DNA of 10,316 bases from Armatimonadota bacterium (GTDB lineage: Bacteria; Armatimonadota; UBA5829; DTLH01), in assembly GCA_038207085.1 (NCBI GenBank), contig JBBRAE010000057.1, positions 1-10,316 on the forward strand, given 5' to 3'. A program made the position numbers and the translations under genes. Within the stretch, counting starts at the first letter, position 1. The number at the start of each line of letters is the position of its first letter. The notes below the pieces were generated by a model. The model ran no database searches and had not been told where the DNA came from. It worked only from the letters and a program-made list of their open reading frames with translations. Below are positions 7,901 through 10,316 of this stretch, in pieces.

Positions 7901-8078
7901 GAAGCCGCTTGCGATAGTGCTCGTCGGCGGGCTTGTCACCTCGACGCTCTTTACGCTGCTTGTCCTGCCGACGGTCTACGTGCTGGTCGGCAGAATGCAG
8001 GCCAAGATCCCCACCAAATGGCACACCGGAAGCAACGGGCAGAAGCCTGTTAGCTCCGGCGAGTTATCGGAGGTTTGA
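4914..8078 (+). CDS. czcA: CusA/CzcA-family heavy-metal efflux RND permease (1054 aa)
   Basis: SD AAGGAGG 4902-4908 before ATG 4914, preferred over the track start 4863. Motifs: PDIT, APEEVE..ITRPME, TM4 MSLGGLAIAVGIMVDASIIMVEN, EGLLFRPLA, FMPRLDEG, GFIALFGIAVQNG, RLRPKLMTA, PLAIVLVGGLVTSTLFTLLVLP. Substrate is not determined. Confidence 0.95.
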   Translation: MDQTHHSLIDRVIHTSFRHKAIVVMLVALALVFGVSAYQRMPRNVYPDITIPVFTIVTENEAMAPEEVEMMITRPMESAMNGLPGVRRIRSQTSQGLSSVVVEFDIETEFWRARQFVTERMSQVAAQLPPGTEPPTLSSATTRLAEVYELAIEGDLPLTELREIAEWQVRYNLLTVPGVAEVLNMGGYLRQYRVTIDPTRLHAYKVKLAEVEEAVKGGNENAAGGFVSTGPTEYIVRGIGRLDSVEDIGGTMVSERGGVPIFLRDLARVEESTAIRRGVATKDGKEAVVALIIKQPDADTVQVVKGVEKAIEEMKTTLPKGVRLVPYYDQTHLIEHSLSSVTRAILIGAVLVIVVLLLFLGHFRSTLIVAVSLPLSVIIAGLVMRAFGIGLNTMSLGGLAIAVGIMVDASIIMVENIFHRFHKSQAQMGDPHAKERIAHKAAIEVGRPIAFATFIIIAVFLPLFLMGGMEGLLFRPLAVTVSAAMIVALVLSLTLTPVLANRFLRPKEGAEEEVAAVRWIKRAYIPALDGAFRRPWLTQGIAVAITIPALLGFLFVGKNFMPRLDEGSWFISTMTPPETSLEENHRITSQVEKILLANPNIADVVKRNGRSERAIGCVLPVNVGEFFVNLRPRGELTKPADQVLTEVREKIERIPGLAAAFTQPLQNKIDESMEGTPAPLQVKLFGPDIGVLGEKGKEIESVVRGVRGIADVKMGEASGIPQLQVEIDREAAARYGVSVADVSEIVRLAIGGEELTQVWKNQRSYGVFVRFPDEMRGDPEAIGNILVDTPSGASVPLSQVASITLTEGPNVIWREAMNRRLSIDASIEGRDLSGVVSDIKEGLKKVELPPDYYVVFGGQFQNQQRAMKSLVLATFVALFVVFMLLFLALGRMSDALMILGTLPCAFVGGVLALLVTGETLNVSSGVGFIALFGIAVQNGLVLLTQTRDLETQGLPTESAVRQASIGRLRPKLMTAFCAALGVIPILASSGVGAEIEKPLAIVLVGGLVTSTLFTLLVLPTVYVLVGRMQAKIPTKWHTGSNGQKPVSSGELSEV

Positions 8079-8079
8079 T

Positions 8080-8193
8080 ATGAAAAGAGTTTCACACTTG
8101 ATGAGCTGAGGCCTTACGGTCGCGGCGATTGTTATGGCGCTCTCGATATTCGTCGAGAGCGCCGCCCGCGCCGTGCCCCATGATTGTGAATAG
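8080..8193 (+). pseudogene. Probable remnant of a fourth, secreted-protein gene: MKRVSHLMS*GLTVAAIVMALSIFVESAARAVPHDCE*
   Basis: SD GGAGGT at 8069-8074, ATG 1 nt after the czcA stop, and a signal-peptide-like sequence with A-R-A. In-frame TGA at 8107-8109. The frame ends inside repeat copy 2. Confidence 0.5.
8116..8174. terminator. Long GC-rich stem-loop between convergent genes; terminator or mRNA-stabilising candidate
   Basis: Perfect 11-bp stem GGCGCTCTCGA(8136-46)/TCGAGAGCGCC(8153-63) with loop TATTCG. Outer stem ACGG-T-CGCGG/CCGCG-CCGT. No U-tract. Confidence 0.45.
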
Positions 8194-8244
8194 TAATTTG
8201 CTATTGAGAGCTTTATTCGCTTCACGAATAAAGCGGGCTAGGCT
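8186..8244. repeat. 59-bp palindromic element, copy 2 (core GCTTTATTCG-cttca-CGAATAAAGC at 8210-8234)
   Basis: Matches copy 1 as described there. The core lies 3 nt after the TAG of the minus-strand gene, so it could also act as that gene's terminator hairpin. Confidence 0.9.
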
Positions 8245-10316
8245 GCTCGTCGAGTGAATGCCCACTGCCGCAGGAAGTCCGCAAAAGCCTCTGCCGGTAG
8301 CGCAGGACTTACGAAATACCCCTGCGCGTAGTTGCATCCAACCGATTTGATGATCTCGAGCTGGGCTTCATTCTCTATCCACTCGGCGGTAACTTCCATT
8401 CCGGTGTTGTGGGCTATCATGATTATCGACTCGGTCATAGCCTTGTCGGTGGAGTTATGCTCGATGTTGCGTATGAATGAACCATCCACTTTCAAGTGGA
8501 CTACAGGCAGGTCTTTGAGTCTGCTGAGCGATGAATAGCCAATCCCAAAGTCGTCTATACAGAGCTTCACCCCCAGAGAGTTCAGGGTGTGAAGAATACT
8601 CATCGTGCAATTGTTGTCCGCAGCGAGCATCGTCTCGGTGACCTCAATCTTGAGGCTGCTCGGATGCAGACCCGCATCTGACAAGGCGTTCTGCACCTCC
8701 GATACAAATCTTACGTCACCAAACTGAACGGGCGATGCGTTCACCGAAATCTCGAAGTCCGCGTAGCCCATCTCCTGCCAACTCTTGCACTGCCGGCAGG
8801 CGGTTTCCATTACTGTCTTGCCCATCTGGAGAATAAGGCGGGTCTCCTCGGCAACAGGCACAAAGAGACCTGGCGAGATCATTCCCTTCTCGGGATGGTC
8901 CCACCGGAGGAGTGCTTCAGCTCCCGTGATTTGCATTGTACGCACATCAATGATGGGTTGGTAGTAGACTTTGAATTCGTCTCGTTCTACCGCAAGTCTG
9001 AGGTCACGTTCTATCTCTACTCTCGCCTGATTGGCCTGGCTGATTGCGTCGGAGAAGAACTGGTAATTATTGCGACCCTGTTCCTTTGCCTTGTACATAG
9101 CCGCATCAGCAGTCTTGAGCAGGTCGTCCGCGTCAACGGCGTTGTCGGGGTAGATACTTATCCCTATACTGGCCCCTATCACCATCTTGTTCCCAGCGAT
9201 CTCGAATGGAACCGATACCTGTTCAAGTATGCGCTGAGCGATCAAGGTGGCGTCATCGACGGCTCTTATGTCCCTTAGCAATACAGTGAACTCGTCTCCA
9301 CCCATCCGGGCGAGCGTGTCTCCGACTCGCAGACACGTACCGAGCCTTGCCCCGGTTTCCACAAGCAGTGCATCACCGGCCTCATGGCCCATTGTGTCAT
9401 TGACCATCTTGAACTTGTCAAGGTCGATGAAGAGAACGGCGAACTTCTCCTGCCTGTTGTCGTGGTCAGATACGGCTCGCGAGAGTTCATTCGTGAAGAG
9501 AAGCCTGTTGGGCAGGTCGGTAAGTGCGTCGTGGTGCGCCTGATAATCAAGCAGGCCCTCATATTCCTTACGTTGCGTGATATTGCGCGCGATGACTATC
9601 AGATAGTCCGAACGGCCTTCCTCATCGTGCAGCGGTGTTATCGTGATGTCAGCCGTGTAGTTGGAGCCATCCCTTGACATGCACTGCATCTCACCGCTCC
9701 AGGCAAGTCGCTGACTCACGGCTTGCAGAGCATCTTGATCGGAATGTCTTTCCATCTGTCGAGCCCACAACAGTGACAAGTCCTCACCGGCGATCTCTTC
9801 TGAGCTGTAACCGGTCTGCCGACCAAACGCATCGTTTGCGAAGACGATCTTTCCATTGACGTCCACGATGGCAATGAGGTCACCTGCCGCGTTTATTGCC
9901 GCCGAGTGCAGGCGAAGCTGCGATACTGCTCGCTTCTGTTCGGTGATATTGTCGACCGCGACGATAACGTGTTTGCGGCCATTGATAGAAACCGGCTCCG
10001 CGCTGACTCTCAACCAGGGATGCTCCTCTCTGTCGCCAATTATCAGAGTCGCCTGAATCTCAGCCCCACGCACCGAAGTCTGGTCTACCAACACCGAAGT
10101 AATGGCAGCCCGCAGAGGACAAGCCGCGCAGGGAGCGGCGAAACCGCATCCGTCCTCGTGCTCAAAACTGTGGATGCAGCCCAGACCGCCGCCTCCACGC
10201 TGGTTTATAATCTCTCTTGGATCTCGAAGCACCATGCCCGCGATTACGGAGTTTGCGTCCACAATCATCGTGTCTTCATCGAGCAAGAGCATACCGACAG
10301 GCGAAGATGCGAATAT
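8238..10316 (-). CDS. PAS-PAS-GGDEF-EAL diguanylate cyclase/phosphodiesterase, 5'-truncated by the window
   Basis: Frame stays open beyond ATG 10292 to the window edge (IFASSPVGMLLLD). Two PAS/PAC domains. HDALTDLPNR, DLDKFKMVNDTMGH..GD, I-site RVGD, RMGGDEF. EALLRW, SVN, EVTE, DDFGIGYSSL, KVD, QGY. Confidence 0.95.
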   Translation of the reverse strand: MFASSPVGMLLLDEDTMIVDANSVIAGMVLRDPREIINQRGGGGLGCIHSFEHEDGCGFAAPCAACPLRAAITSVLVDQTSVRGAEIQATLIIGDREEHPWLRVSAEPVSINGRKHVIVAVDNITEQKRAVSQLRLHSAAINAAGDLIAIVDVNGKIVFANDAFGRQTGYSSEEIAGEDLSLLWARQMERHSDQDALQAVSQRLAWSGEMQCMSRDGSNYTADITITPLHDEEGRSDYLIVIARNITQRKEYEGLLDYQAHHDALTDLPNRLLFTNELSRAVSDHDNRQEKFAVLFIDLDKFKMVNDTMGHEAGDALLVETGARLGTCLRVGDTLARMGGDEFTVLLRDIRAVDDATLIAQRILEQVSVPFEIAGNKMVIGASIGISIYPDNAVDADDLLKTADAAMYKAKEQGRNNYQFFSDAISQANQARVEIERDLRLAVERDEFKVYYQPIIDVRTMQITGAEALLRWDHPEKGMISPGLFVPVAEETRLILQMGKTVMETACRQCKSWQEMGYADFEISVNASPVQFGDVRFVSEVQNALSDAGLHPSSLKIEVTETMLAADNNCTMSILHTLNSLGVKLCIDDFGIGYSSLSRLKDLPVVHLKVDGSFIRNIEHNSTDKAMTESIIMIAHNTGMEVTAEWIENEAQLEIIKSVGCNYAQGYFVSPALPAEAFADFLRQWAFTRRAA

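Noticed and set aside
8107..8174. Selenocysteine read-through of TGA 8107 with a downstream SECIS-like hairpin
   Set aside because: The UGA would fall in a signal-peptide-like stretch with no redox motif, the apical loop lacks the leading G typical of bacterial SECIS, and the frame stops 28 codons later.
306..10056. Numerous antisense or alternate-frame ORFs (e.g. 5205-5921 -, 3941-4411 -, 2571-3038 -, 8895-9278 +, 1944-2126 -, 8092-8337 -)
   Set aside because: They overlap well-supported genes or palindromic spacers, show no recognisable motifs, and are expected shadows in GC-rich DNA.
58..10292. Track start codons at 58, 1597, 2088, 4863 and 10292
   Set aside because: 58 and 10292 are internal to frames open to the window edges. 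2112 and 4914 have proper SD sequences. 1597 lies upstream of the promoter.

Overview
Bacterial window with a TolC-type outer-membrane gene, so the host is probably a diderm. From 5' to 3' it holds: (i) the 3' part of a P2A-type (Ca2+-like) P-type ATPase; (ii) a small Cys/His-rich membrane- or signal-anchored ORF ending in FQPP, apparently leaderless from a near-consensus extended -10 promoter; (iii) a structured 165-nt spacer; (iv) a czcCBA/cusCBA-like heavy-metal RND efflux operon; (v) a short interrupted fourth-gene remnant; (vi) a convergent, 5'-truncated PAS-PAS-GGDEF-EAL gene. The most notable signals are three. First, a candidate metal-sensing ribosome-arrest leader coupled to alternative RNA pairings upstream of the efflux operon. 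Second, a 59-bp element occurring on both sides of czcCBA, whose 25-bp palindromic cores are exact reverse complements. Third, an adaptor protein with three hairpin-tip motifs spaced exactly 59 aa apart plus extra Cys. All coordinates and alignments were done by eye and no database searches were run.
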